Positions 9,006-19,100 of a stretch of DNA of 64,000 bases are shown piece by piece. Position numbers and translations under genes: made by a program. The notes under the pieces are model-generated. The model was not told the DNA's origin and made no database searches. It saw nothing but the letters and a program-made list of their open reading frames with translations. Within the stretch, counting starts at the first letter, position 1. Each line of letters starts with the position of its first letter. Source of the DNA: Armatimonadota bacterium (GTDB lineage Bacteria; Armatimonadota; Zipacnadia; Zipacnadales; UBA5352); contig JAYENL010000242.1 in the NCBI GenBank assembly GCA_034722055.1, positions 1 to 64,000 on the forward strand, given 5' to 3'.

Positions 9006-10979
9006 GTGGCTCACGATCACGATGCTGTGGCGGAGGACGCACAGGCGGAGGCGGTCTTCCAGGGGCGCTGGTACGCCTATCCGCCTCTGCGCAACGCGCT
9101 GATCGCCGGCCTCATCGCGGGCAGTGCCTTCGCGCTGGCCAAGGCCGGGATCGTCGAGCGAGACATCGAGGTCCGCATCTACGCGGTAGCCATAATCATC
9201 GGCGGCTACCTGTGGGTCATCGAGGGCCTGGGGGCGCTGCTCGCTGAGGGGCGCGTGGAGATTGAGGCCCTGATGATGGCCGCCACCGGCGGCTCGATCG
9301 CCCTGGGCATGTGGGAGGAGGCGGCGGTCCTGGTCTTCCTCTACGGCGCCGCGGAGGGCCTGGAGCACTACACCTACGTGCGCACCCGCCGCTCGATTCG
9401 CAACTTACTGGACCTGGCACCTCCCACGGCTCGACTGGTGCGGCAGGGACAGGAGTGGGTGATAGACGCTGAGGAGCTGGAGGAGGGCGACCTGTTCAAC
9501 GTGCGTCCCGGTGAGACCATCGCCACCGACGGCGTCATCATTGACGGCCGCTCCACCGTCAACGAGGCCGCGGTCACCGGTGAGGCCATGCCGGCCGAGA
9601 AGCAGGTCGGCGACCAGGTCTTCGCCGGCACTCTCAACCGCGAGGGCGCGCTGACCGTCGAGGCCACCGCCGCATTCGAGGACAACACGCTCTCGCGGAT
9701 GATCCACCTGGTCGAGGAGGCCCACGAGCGCAAGGGCCGTCGGCAGGTATTCATCGATCGCTTCGGCCGCTGGTACACGCCCGCCGTGCTGCTGGCGGCG
9801 GTGCTGCTCATGGCCGTGCCGGCAGCGTTGGGCGGGGATATCGACACCTGGGCCACCAGAGGCGTGGTGCTGCTGGTGGCCGCAGCCCCGTGCGCGCTGG
9901 TCATGTCCACGCCGGTGGGCATCGCGGCAGGGATCGGCCGCGCCGGCAGGACCGGGGTCCTGATCAAGGGCGGTGCGCACCTGGAGGACCTGGGCCGCGT
10001 CCGGCTGGTGGCCTTCGACAAGACGGGTACACTCACCGAGGGTGAGCCGGTGGTCACCGATGTGGTTCCTCTCGACGGCGGCTCCGAGCGCGTCCTGCAG
10101 CTCGCCGCCTCCCTGGAGCAACACTCCGAGCACCCGCTGGGCGAGGCCATCGTCCGTCACGCCGACGAGCGGGGGCTGGATCGGCTGGACGTGGAGGGCT
10201 TCCGGTCGATCACCGGGGCGGGCGTCAGCGCGCGGCTTGATGACCGGCTGGCCTATGTCGGCAGCCCTGAGCTGTGCGCGGAGCTGGGGGTGGCACAGGT
10301 CGCCTCCGATGACGCCCTGCGACTGCAGGGCGAGGGCAAGACGGTGGTGTGTGTGACCACCGAGGACGGGCCCGTGGGTCTCATCGCGCTCGGCGACCGC
10401 CTGCGCCAGGAGGCGATCCACGCCATCGAGGACCTGCGCGCCATGGGCATCGAGGTGGTCATGCTCACCGGCGATAACCAGACCACCGCCGAGGCCATAG
10501 GCCGGGAGGCCGGAATCCAGGACGTGCGGGCGGACCTTACCCCCGAGCAGAAGACCGCCGCGGTGGTGGAGCTGACACAGGAGCACGCTGCAGTGGCCGT
10601 GGTCGGCGACGGCATCAACGACGCCCCGGCGCTGGCGCAGGCCACCGTAGGCATCGCCATGGGCGTCGGAGGCAGTGACGCCGCCATCGAGGCCGCCGAC
10701 ACGGCGCTGCTGGGCGACGACCTCACCCTGGTCCCCTTCGCGATCCGCGTGGGCCGCCGGGCGCTGGGCATCGGCACCCAGAACATCGTCTTCGCGCTGG
10801 CGGTGCTCGCGGTGCTCATCCCCGGTGCAGTGCTGGGCCTTGTCAGCGTGGCGTGGGCGGTGCTCATACACGAGGCGTCGGAGCTGCTGGCCGTCGCTAA
10901 TGGCCTGCGGGTTGGCTCCCGGCGGACCCTCATCTGCCCTCAGGGCGAGGCCGGCGAGGGCGTGTGCGTCGTCCGGTAG
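9006..10979 (+). CDS. Heavy-metal-translocating P1B-type ATPase (no N-terminal metal-binding domain)
   Basis: TGE, APCALV, DKTGTLT, SEHP, MLTGDN, GDGINDAPALA; GTG with GAGGAGGAG SD. Confidence 0.92.
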   Translation: MAHDHDAVAEDAQAEAVFQGRWYAYPPLRNALIAGLIAGSAFALAKAGIVERDIEVRIYAVAIIIGGYLWVIEGLGALLAEGRVEIEALMMAATGGSIALGMWEEAAVLVFLYGAAEGLEHYTYVRTRRSIRNLLDLAPPTARLVRQGQEWVIDAEELEEGDLFNVRPGETIATDGVIIDGRSTVNEAAVTGEAMPAEKQVGDQVFAGTLNREGALTVEATAAFEDNTLSRMIHLVEEAHERKGRRQVFIDRFGRWYTPAVLLAAVLLMAVPAALGGDIDTWATRGVVLLVAAAPCALVMSTPVGIAAGIGRAGRTGVLIKGGAHLEDLGRVRLVAFDKTGTLTEGEPVVTDVVPLDGGSERVLQLAASLEQHSEHPLGEAIVRHADERGLDRLDVEGFRSITGAGVSARLDDRLAYVGSPELCAELGVAQVASDDALRLQGEGKTVVCVTTEDGPVGLIALGDRLRQEAIHAIEDLRAMGIEVVMLTGDNQTTAEAIGREAGIQDVRADLTPEQKTAAVVELTQEHAAVAVVGDGINDAPALAQATVGIAMGVGGSDAAIEAADTALLGDDLTLVPFAIRVGRRALGIGTQNIVFALAVLAVLIPGAVLGLVSVAWAVLIHEASELLAVANGLRVGSRRTLICPQGEAGEGVCVVR

Positions 10980-11081
10980 GCCCCTGAGTCCAGCTCTTGC
11001 CCGCAAACCTCCACTCGATGCGTGCAGCCTCAGGCGGAGATGCTGCACAAACCTGCGCATTTGGTGGGATCGGCACAAGTC

Positions 11082-13475
11082 ATGTCGCGGCTGTGGCTGA
11101 AGCTGGTTCGTGACCTGAACGCCTATCGCGTGCAGGCCATCGGCATCACCGTGGTGGTGATGCTGGGTATCTCCATGTACCACAGCTTCTATCTGTCCTA
11201 TCGCTCCATGGCGGCCTCCTACCAGTGGGGCTACGACCGCCTCAGGCTGGCCGACTTCACCATCGAGATGGATCACGCGCCGGAGCACACCGTCACGCGG
11301 CTGGCCGCCATTCCGGGCGTGACGGAGATCGCAGGGCGCATCAAGCACGACATCCGCGTGGAGCAGACGCCCGGTCGGCGCAGGGTGGTGACCGGCCGCA
11401 TCCTCTCGGTGCCCGACGAGGGCCGGGCGCAGGTCAACAAGCTGGTGGTGCTGGAGGGGGAGTACCTGGGACCTCCGGACAGCCGGGAGGTGCTGCTGGA
11501 GCGTGGCTTCGCCGAGGCGCACGAGTACCGCCCCGGCGACACCATCTACCCGGTGGTCCAGGATGTGCGGCGGGCCTTCAGGGTCACCGGCATCGTCTCC
11601 TCCGTGGAGTATCTCTACGTGGTGCGCTCCAAGGAGAGCCTCTTCCCCACCCCCGACAGCTTCGGCGTGATGTGGATGCGGCGGCGGCAGGCCGAGCGGC
11701 TGCTGGGCATGCACGGGCTAGTGAATGAGGTGGCGGTGCTGACCGCCCGCGGCGCGCGCGATCGTGTCATGGCGGCCATGTACGCCGACCTGCGGCGCTT
11801 CGGCGCCCAGCAGCCGGTGCCACAGGAGGAGCAGCCCAGCCGCCAGATGCTCGACCAGGACCTGGCCGGCCTGGGGCAGTTCGCCGTCATCTTTCCGAGC
11901 CTCTTCATCGGTGCGGCGGCGCTGACCGTATACAGCATCCTGGCCCGTACCGTCGAGCGCGAGCGGCGGCAGGTGGGCTTCCTGCGCGCTTCGGGCCTTC
12001 CGGCGTGGCGCGTCGCGCTGCAGTACCTGGCCTTCGCCGGCCTCATGGGCCTCGTGGGCGTCATCCCCGGGGTCATCCTCGGCCAGTGGTTCGCCATCGG
12101 CATCACCCAGATCTACCTCAACGAGCTGGGCATCCCCTACCTCAAGCTCGCCTCCGGCCTGGAGGTCGGGCTCATCGGCGTGCTGGTGACGGCGGCGACC
12201 AGCCTCATCGCGGGATGGCGTCCGGCGCTGCAGGCCGCCCGCCTGCGGCCGGCGGACGCCATGCGCCCCGGGGTCATGGGCGCAGCCCAGCGGAAGCCGC
12301 CGGTGCTGCTGGCCCGCCTGCAGCGCGGTGCGTCCTTCACCACACGCACCGCAATCAGCAGCCTCTTCCGCCAGACGCACCGCACCATGTACACGATCTT
12401 CGGCGTCGGTGCCGGGATCGTGCTGATGATCACCACCATGTCAATGCTCGACGCCACCGAGCACTCCATCTCCTACTACTTCGACAGCGTGCGCAACTAC
12501 GACGTGGATGTAGCCTTCGAGGGCCCTGTCAGCGAGACGGTGGTGTCGCAGGTGCGCACGTGGCCGGGCGTTGAGTGGGCGGAGGGTACGGTCGGCCTGC
12601 CCGTCGCGCTCACGCACGGGGAGACGACCGACGACTTCACCATCACCGGCGTGCCACGGGGCAGCCGCCTGCAGCGCTTTCGCGACGATGAGGACAATCC
12701 CGTGCCCGTGACCGGTTTCGGCCTCTTCCCATCAGGCGGGCCAGGCCGGAAGCTGGGCATCGAGCGGGGCGACGTTCTGAAGCTGGAGTACGCCTACAAC
12801 TCCCGCGACGTGCAGCTCACCCGCCCGATCCGTGTCTCGCAGACGGTGCACCAGCCCATAGGCGCGGGTGTCTACATGTCGGCCGACGCGCTGCGCCAGC
12901 GCTTCGGCTCCCGCCTGGGCTTCCCCCCCGGCACCATCGGCGGCATGGTCATCAAGGCCCGGCCGGGCTATCAGCGGGCGGTTGCCGAACGCGCCTACGA
13001 CCTCCCCAGCGCCACCATGGTGGAGACCACCTACGACATGCGCACGGAGATCGATGAGTCCATGGCCCTCACCTACACCTTCATCGGGGTGCTGATGGCC
13101 TTCGCAGGCGGGCTCACCGGCGCGATCGTCTACAACACCATCAACAGCAACATCCACGAGCGGCGCTCTGAGATCGCCTCGCTCCGAGCGCTGGGCGTCC
13201 GCATGCGCGAAGTCACGCAGATGATCACCATCGAGAACCTGGCCTCGACGACGCTGGGGATCCTCGCCGGCCTTCCTGTCGGCGTCGCGGGGGCTCGGGG
13301 ACTGGTCGAACTGTGGGAGAGCGAGATGCTGGACATCTCCTTCTACATCGCCCCGCGCACGTTCATCATCTCCATCGCCTTCACGCTGGTACTGGTTCTC
13401 GCTTGCCAGGTCCCCGCACTGCGCAGCATCGGCGAGATGAACCTGGCCCAGATGACACGGTTGCATGGGGAGTAA
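11082..13475 (+). CDS. ABC transporter permease with two FtsX/MacB repeats
   Basis: LWLKLVRDL start; ERRQVGFLRASG and ERRSEIASLRALG motifs; multiple TMs. Confidence 0.9.
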   Translation: MSRLWLKLVRDLNAYRVQAIGITVVVMLGISMYHSFYLSYRSMAASYQWGYDRLRLADFTIEMDHAPEHTVTRLAAIPGVTEIAGRIKHDIRVEQTPGRRRVVTGRILSVPDEGRAQVNKLVVLEGEYLGPPDSREVLLERGFAEAHEYRPGDTIYPVVQDVRRAFRVTGIVSSVEYLYVVRSKESLFPTPDSFGVMWMRRRQAERLLGMHGLVNEVAVLTARGARDRVMAAMYADLRRFGAQQPVPQEEQPSRQMLDQDLAGLGQFAVIFPSLFIGAAALTVYSILARTVERERRQVGFLRASGLPAWRVALQYLAFAGLMGLVGVIPGVILGQWFAIGITQIYLNELGIPYLKLASGLEVGLIGVLVTAATSLIAGWRPALQAARLRPADAMRPGVMGAAQRKPPVLLARLQRGASFTTRTAISSLFRQTHRTMYTIFGVGAGIVLMITTMSMLDATEHSISYYFDSVRNYDVDVAFEGPVSETVVSQVRTWPGVEWAEGTVGLPVALTHGETTDDFTITGVPRGSRLQRFRDDEDNPVPVTGFGLFPSGGPGRKLGIERGDVLKLEYAYNSRDVQLTRPIRVSQTVHQPIGAGVYMSADALRQRFGSRLGFPPGTIGGMVIKARPGYQRAVAERAYDLPSATMVETTYDMRTEIDESMALTYTFIGVLMAFAGGLTGAIVYNTINSNIHERRSEIASLRALGVRMREVTQMITIENLASTTLGILAGLPVGVAGARGLVELWESEMLDISFYIAPRTFIISIAFTLVLVLACQVPALRSIGEMNLAQMTRLHGE

Positions 13476-13496
13476 AAGCGAAGCGGGCGCGAATGC

Positions 13497-13651
13497 CGTG
13501 GAGGGGCCGCACGAGCCCGCATGCGCCAGCATTCGGGCGAGGCTGGCCCAACACGGTCCCTGCCTTCCGTTCAAACGCAGAGGTCTGACGACCGAGGTGG
13601 GCCGACCTCGGGCGTCTGCTTCGCAGCCGCACCTCGTGCGGCCCCTCCACG
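13497..13651. repeat. MITE/REPIN-like element with perfect 19-bp terminal inverted repeats, copy 2
   Basis: CGTGGAGGGGCCGCACGAG (13497-13515) and CTCGTGCGGCCCCTCCACG (13633-13651), between convergent genes. Confidence 0.75.
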
Positions 13652-13668
13652 ACTACCTCTCCCGCAGG

Positions 13669-14694
13669 CTATCGCTCGAAGTAGGGCACCTCCATGGGCT
13701 CTCCCCCGGCGGCGATGGACTCCGCGGCCATGATCGTCGGCGCAGCCGAGTTGGCGCCCTCGAAGGCGTCCACCACCGGCTCCGTGTCGTCGATGATGCA
13801 GCGCAGGAAGTGCTCGATCTCCGGCTCGAAGGGATGGCCGGAGTACTCCACTGTCAGGTCCTCCACCGTCGGGTCCGTCTCGTCGCCGGTGATAAGCTGT
13901 CCGCCGCGGATGGTCCCCTCGGTACCGTAGACCTCCAGGTTCAGCCAGTCCGGCCGCGGGCCCACCACGCCGTAGGCCGCGCCCACCTTCGCCACCGCAC
14001 CTGAGGCGAGCTTGAAGACCGCGCACATGCAGTCGTTGTGCTTCATCTCCGGGAAGGCAATACAGTTGCCGTAGCCGCAGACCTCCACCGCGTGTGAGTC
14101 CGCGTACCACCGCAGCAGGTCGAACTGGTGTGCCCCGGCGCCCACGATAGGCTTCTCGTGCTCCAGCCACCAGTTGATGCCCCCGATGTAGGGGTTGATC
14201 CGCTCCGGCGCCGCCTGGCGCACCAGCCGGTGGAAGTAGTCGGCCTCCAGGTAGAAGATCTCGCCCAGCTCGCCGTTCGCGCAGCGCCGATGCACCTCGG
14301 CGTAGACGGGATTGAAGCGCAGGATATGTCCCACCAGCGTCTTCCGGTCAGAGCCTCGCGCGGCCCCGGTCATGCGCTCCAGGTCCTGAATGGTATTCCC
14401 CATGGGCTTCTCGACCAGCACGTGGCAGCCGGCCTCCAGGCCCATGATGAACGGATCGGCGTGCAGGTGATCGGGCGTGTGCACCGAGAGGGCGTCAAGC
14501 TCCTCATGGTCCAGCATCTCCTGCAGGTCGGTGTACCGGGCCGGGACATCGCCCTCCTCTGCGGCAGCCTGCGCGCGCTCGGGGTCGAGGTCGCAGACCG
14601 CCACCAGGTCGCACAGCTCGGTCATGGCGTAGCCGCGGACGAGGGCCCGCCCGTTGCCGCCCAGCCCGACGACGCCGACTCGCACGTCACCCAT
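13669..14694 (-). CDS. Gfo/Idh/MocA family oxidoreductase
   Basis: VGVVGLGGNG, TPDHLH, HVLVEKPM, GHILRFNP. Confidence 0.92.
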   Translation of the reverse strand: MGDVRVGVVGLGGNGRALVRGYAMTELCDLVAVCDLDPERAQAAAEEGDVPARYTDLQEMLDHEELDALSVHTPDHLHADPFIMGLEAGCHVLVEKPMGNTIQDLERMTGAARGSDRKTLVGHILRFNPVYAEVHRRCANGELGEIFYLEADYFHRLVRQAAPERINPYIGGINWWLEHEKPIVGAGAHQFDLLRWYADSHAVEVCGYGNCIAFPEMKHNDCMCAVFKLASGAVAKVGAAYGVVGPRPDWLNLEVYGTEGTIRGGQLITGDETDPTVEDLTVEYSGHPFEPEIEHFLRCIIDDTEPVVDAFEGANSAAPTIMAAESIAAGGEPMEVPYFER

Positions 14695-14833
14695 CGCTGA
14701 TCCCTCCGCTCAGTTGCAGTGGGCCGGCCGTTCGCCGCCCGGCCGCCGGCGGCCTCCGCCGCGCAGAGGATTCACCGGACGAGGGCGCGAAACTGTCATG
14801 TAGCGACGACTCCCAGCAGCAGGGGGCGAGACC

Positions 14834-15724
14834 ATGAGGGTCGCACGCGCGCTGATCCCCGCGTTCCTCGTCGCTGTGTGCCTCGCCGCGCCCGGTCCGG
14901 CTCAGGACGAGCCGCCCATGGACCGCCTGGTGCTCGCCGACGGCGACACCGGCTCGGAGTGGGTGCCGGCCGAGGCTACCATGGAGCCGGATGACCGGCA
15001 CGCCCGCGAGGGGCGGGCCATGCACTTTCACATCGACGTGAACTTCGAGACCGGCCAGCCGGACTACCCCATCGGCTGGCCGCGGACCTACCTCCGTGTG
15101 CCCGGCAGCCAACGCGACTGGACCGACTGGGACTTCATCGACCTCTGGCTCTATGCTGAGACCTCGCGCGAGAGCTTCCCGAGCACAGCGTTGGGATTCA
15201 TCGTGCGCTGCCCCGACCGCAACAACCAGTGGCAGACCACGCTGGAGCCGAAGAAGGGCGAGTGGGTGCACTATCGCTTCCCGGTAGCGAATGCCCCCGA
15301 CCCTACGAACGTGCACGCGGTGCAGCTATTCATCTCCGAGTCCAACTACGCCCATGGCGATGTGCTCGACTTCTGGATCGACGACCTCGCGTTGCTTCGC
15401 TACGCCGAACCTACCATCATCGACGTGCAGCCGCTCAGCCGGGTCGCCTACGCCGACGTGGACGTCCTGCGCGTGCGGATGAAGCTGACGGGCATGGACG
15501 AGGGCGAGACCGTCGAGGCGCTGGCGAGGCTCGTCCATGGTGACGAGACCGTCAGGCAGAGCGCGGCGACGCTCGGGAACGGCACGCATACCATCCCGCT
15601 GCACGTGGGCGGCAAGCTGGAGCCGGGCGACTATGCGGTGCAGGCGCACATCGTGGGCAGCGACAGGACGCTGAGCACGAGCATCCGGATCGTGTCGTCG
15701 CCGTGGGAGGGCGATACGCAATGA
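14834..15724 (+). CDS. Secreted hypothetical protein with galactose-binding/CBM-like domain
   Basis: Signal peptide; RDWTDWDFIDLWLY, GEWVHYRFP, FWIDDLAL. Confidence 0.65.
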   Translation: MRVARALIPAFLVAVCLAAPGPAQDEPPMDRLVLADGDTGSEWVPAEATMEPDDRHAREGRAMHFHIDVNFETGQPDYPIGWPRTYLRVPGSQRDWTDWDFIDLWLYAETSRESFPSTALGFIVRCPDRNNQWQTTLEPKKGEWVHYRFPVANAPDPTNVHAVQLFISESNYAHGDVLDFWIDDLALLRYAEPTIIDVQPLSRVAYADVDVLRVRMKLTGMDEGETVEALARLVHGDETVRQSAATLGNGTHTIPLHVGGKLEPGDYAVQAHIVGSDRTLSTSIRIVSSPWEGDTQ

Positions 15725-18084
15725 TCGGGCTTACCAGAGCACTCGTGGTCATCGTGGCGCTGTCGATGGCGTGCGCGGCCAGCGCCGAGGTCTACTTCTT
15801 CGACATGGGCGGCGCGGACTCCAAGGTCTATGAGGGCGCCACGCGTGTCACCGCCGGGGATGAATACTCCGAGGACCGTGGCTTCGGCTGGGAGAGCGTG
15901 GAGGGGCTTCAGGAGCAGGTCGGCGCCCGGGAGGGGATGGGCGATCGCCGCGGCAGTCCCGCTCCTCCCGTGATGTGGACCAACGCCATCACCGAGGACT
16001 GCATCATCGGCGACACGCAGAATGCATTCATGGCGGACGTCCCACCCGGCGAGTATCGTGTCTACATGTTGTGCGGCACGAGCGAGCGGATGCGCGACCA
16101 GGTGTTCCTCTTCGGCACGACCGCCGCCGGCGTTCCGTACTCTGACCTGCCTGCAGGCTACCCCGGCGCCGGTGTGGAGATGGAGGGCGGCTGGCAGCAC
16201 CGACCGGTGCGCCTGAGCGCCACGGTGAACGAGGGAAGGCTGCACGTCCACCTTGTGCCGCAGAGCTGGTGGGTGGTCAGTTGCATCCTGATCGCCTCCG
16301 AGGACGAGTGGGAGCGTGCCGAGCGGGAGATCATCGAGCCGCTGGAGGAGTGGGTCTTCTTCCTCCCGCCCGAGCAGCAGGAGCGCTGGAAGCTGGATCC
16401 GCCGCCGGAGCCCGAGCCGATGCCGGAGCTGTCGCAGGAGGATCGGGAGCGCGGCTGGGTGGCGTTCAGCCGGCCGTGGCCGGAGGTCATCTGGCACAAC
16501 ACGCGCCCGCGGGCGGAGGAGATCGGCCGGGAGATCCGCGTCTTCGCATCTCCGGGCGAATACGAGCCGGTCACCGTGTGCGTGCACCTGCTGCGGGAGT
16601 TCGACGACTTCGCGGTGGAAACCACCGACATCGGCCCGCTCAGCTATCCCGACGACGTGGACGTCCGCCATGTGCGCTACATGCGCGCGAAGCCCAACTA
16701 CGTGGGCATGGGCATCTACCGCATCGTGCCCGATGTCCTGGAGCCGATGTGGATGTTCCACCAGCGCGAGATCCACAACCCGGCGGCGCCGGTCGGCCTC
16801 GAGGCGGGTATGACGCACCGCTTCTGGCTGACGCTGCACGTGCCGGAGGACGCACAGCCGGACACCTACACGGGCGCGGTGGTCATCAACGACAGCGATG
16901 GCGGGCAGGTCGGCGTGCCGCTGCGCCTGCGCGTGCTGCCCATCGAACTGCAGGACGATCCCGAGAAGATCTACGGCATGTACTACCGCCACCCGTTGGA
17001 CAACTGGAACCGCGCCGAGGACGACGTGTCCAAAGAGCGCTTCCAGCGCAAGGCGCATCTGGAGCACCGGGACCTGGTCGAGCACGGCTTCCGCAACATC
17101 GTCCTCAGCGCCTGGTGCCCGCCGGCCAACGACAACGGCGAGTTCGAGGCGGATTGGACCGTGCTGCAGGCCAAGCTCGACATGTGCGAGCAGTACGGCT
17201 TCACAGGGCCCTACGCCACGCACATCAACGCGGGTGGCATCTACCGCAAGTACGTGGGCGAGAGCTGGGGGCCGCACACCAACAACGCCGCGATCCCGCC
17301 GCCCGAGTACGCCGAAGACCTCACCGCCATGACCCGCTTCATCGAGAGCGAGCGGGAGAAGTACGGCTGGCCGACCTTCCTGTACTACCCCATCGACGAG
17401 CCGGGGCGGGATGAGACGTCCGTGGAGCTGATGCGCATAACACTGGAGGCCATCCGGGAGGCGGGCGCTCCCACCTACGTCACCGCAGCCCCCACGCACG
17501 AGCAGTTCCAGCCGCTGCGGCCCTTCGTCAACGTCTGGTGCACCCAGCCGTTCGAGCCCGATCGCGAGACGGTCCTGGCGGACATGGCCACGCGCGACGT
17601 GCAGTACTGGTGCTACCCCAACAAGGTGGCAGGCGAGAACGATCACACGCCCGTGCGCGGCGCGCGCATGACCTTCGGCTTCGGCTTCTGGCGCTCGGGC
17701 TTCGTCACGCTGATCCCGTGGATCTACTCCGCCACTACCAGCGACCCGCTCAACTACCTCACCGGGAGCACGATGGACTTCATGGTGCGCCATGAGCCCG
17801 ACGGCACCCCCATGCCCGTGACGCTCTGGGAGGCCTACCGCGAGGGCCACGACGACTACCGCTACGTCTACACGCTGGAGCAGCTCATCGAGCGGGCGCG
17901 AGCCTCGGGCGACCCGGAGGCGGTCGCCGCGGCCGACGAGGCGCGGCAACAGCTTGACTTCGTGTGGGACAGTATCGAAGTGCAGCCGATGTATCGCTAC
18001 GAGGGACTGTGGCCGGCCGGCGACTTCAACGTCTACCGATGGATCATCGCCGAGCAGATCATGAGCCTGCAGGAGGCGCTCTGA
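15721..18084 (+). CDS. Secreted putative glycoside hydrolase (DUF4091/GH123-like)
   Basis: Signal peptide; YFFDMG...DEYSEDRGFGW N-domain; ASPGEYEP, YYPIDEP, WEAYREGHDDYRY; ATGA overlap. Confidence 0.7.
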   Translation: MIGLTRALVVIVALSMACAASAEVYFFDMGGADSKVYEGATRVTAGDEYSEDRGFGWESVEGLQEQVGAREGMGDRRGSPAPPVMWTNAITEDCIIGDTQNAFMADVPPGEYRVYMLCGTSERMRDQVFLFGTTAAGVPYSDLPAGYPGAGVEMEGGWQHRPVRLSATVNEGRLHVHLVPQSWWVVSCILIASEDEWERAEREIIEPLEEWVFFLPPEQQERWKLDPPPEPEPMPELSQEDRERGWVAFSRPWPEVIWHNTRPRAEEIGREIRVFASPGEYEPVTVCVHLLREFDDFAVETTDIGPLSYPDDVDVRHVRYMRAKPNYVGMGIYRIVPDVLEPMWMFHQREIHNPAAPVGLEAGMTHRFWLTLHVPEDAQPDTYTGAVVINDSDGGQVGVPLRLRVLPIELQDDPEKIYGMYYRHPLDNWNRAEDDVSKERFQRKAHLEHRDLVEHGFRNIVLSAWCPPANDNGEFEADWTVLQAKLDMCEQYGFTGPYATHINAGGIYRKYVGESWGPHTNNAAIPPPEYAEDLTAMTRFIESEREKYGWPTFLYYPIDEPGRDETSVELMRITLEAIREAGAPTYVTAAPTHEQFQPLRPFVNVWCTQPFEPDRETVLADMATRDVQYWCYPNKVAGENDHTPVRGARMTFGFGFWRSGFVTLIPWIYSATTSDPLNYLTGSTMDFMVRHEPDGTPMPVTLWEAYREGHDDYRYVYTLEQLIERARASGDPEAVAAADEARQQLDFVWDSIEVQPMYRYEGLWPAGDFNVYRWIIAEQIMSLQEAL

Positions 18085-18110
18085 GCGCAGCGCACGAGAG
18101 GAGGGGCCAG

Positions 18111-19100
18111 ATGAGCTGGGCCTGGCGGCTGACGCTTGTGACGCTGGTGGCCGCGCTGGCGTCGATCGTCCTGCTGGGGTACGTCGTTTGGGCGGCGATC
18201 GGCGGGCAAGCGGGCTGGGAGATCATCCAGGCCGAGTTCTCCACCGACGAGGAGGCCGTCGAGCACGCGCGGCGCGCCACGGAGCTGCGCGGCGACGATC
18301 CGGCCATGCACCTGTGGCTGGGCGCGACGCTGGCCGGGGCGGGCGAGACCGAGGAGGCTATCGGCGCCTACCGCCAGGCGGCTCGCCTCGACCCACAGGC
18401 GGTCGAGCCCCACCTGAGGATGGCGCGCCTGCACCTGCGGGAGGAGGAGCTTGCCCCGGCGGAAGAGGCCATCGAGAGAGCGCTGGAGATCGATTCCGAA
18501 TCGGCCTCGGCGCATGTGCTCCATGGGCGGCTGCTCGCCGAGAGGGACGAGCCGGAGGCGGCCGCGGAGGCGTACCGCCGCGCCCTGAAGCTGGGCGGCG
18601 ACCAGCAGGAGATCTGCTATCCCCTGGGCCGCGCCCTGGAGGACGCCGGCGACCGCGAGGGGGCCATCCGAGCCTACCGTCGCGGCGCCGACTCCTGCGA
18701 CAGTCGTTGCCGGGAGCGGCTGGCGGAGCTACAGCACGAACGGGAGGCGTCGGCTGGCGGCGAGGCCGGCACACGCGAGGACGAGGAGTGGACTGAGGAG
18801 CGCGAATGGGAGGATGACGAGGTGGAGACGATAGGACCGGGCTTCGGCGTCGCCATGGTTGGCTTCTGGCTCCTCTACATGATCTTCATCTTCGGCGTGA
18901 TGGCCCTGACCTGGGGCGGATGGGTCGTGGCCGGCCTGGCTATCTACGACTGCGCCCAGCGGGCCTTCGACGGTCCGCGCACGCGCGCCCTGTGGTGCGT
19001 ACTGCTGTTCATCGTGCACTGGATCGGCGCCATCATCTACTACTTCGCGATCTACCGGCCCGATGATCCGCCCCACATAGGGAGGGAGCAAACCGCATGA
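18111..19100 (+). CDS. Membrane-anchored TPR protein with C-terminal PLDc_N-like TM hairpin
   Basis: N-terminal TM; TPRs (AIGAYRQAARLDP, ERALEIDSE, YRRALKL); acidic linker; RALWCVLLFIVHWIGAIIYYF. Confidence 0.75.
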   Translation: MSWAWRLTLVTLVAALASIVLLGYVVWAAIGGQAGWEIIQAEFSTDEEAVEHARRATELRGDDPAMHLWLGATLAGAGETEEAIGAYRQAARLDPQAVEPHLRMARLHLREEELAPAEEAIERALEIDSESASAHVLHGRLLAERDEPEAAAEAYRRALKLGGDQQEICYPLGRALEDAGDREGAIRAYRRGADSCDSRCRERLAELQHEREASAGGEAGTREDEEWTEEREWEDDEVETIGPGFGVAMVGFWLLYMIFIFGVMALTWGGWVVAGLAIYDCAQRAFDGPRTRALWCVLLFIVHWIGAIIYYFAIYRPDDPPHIGREQTA

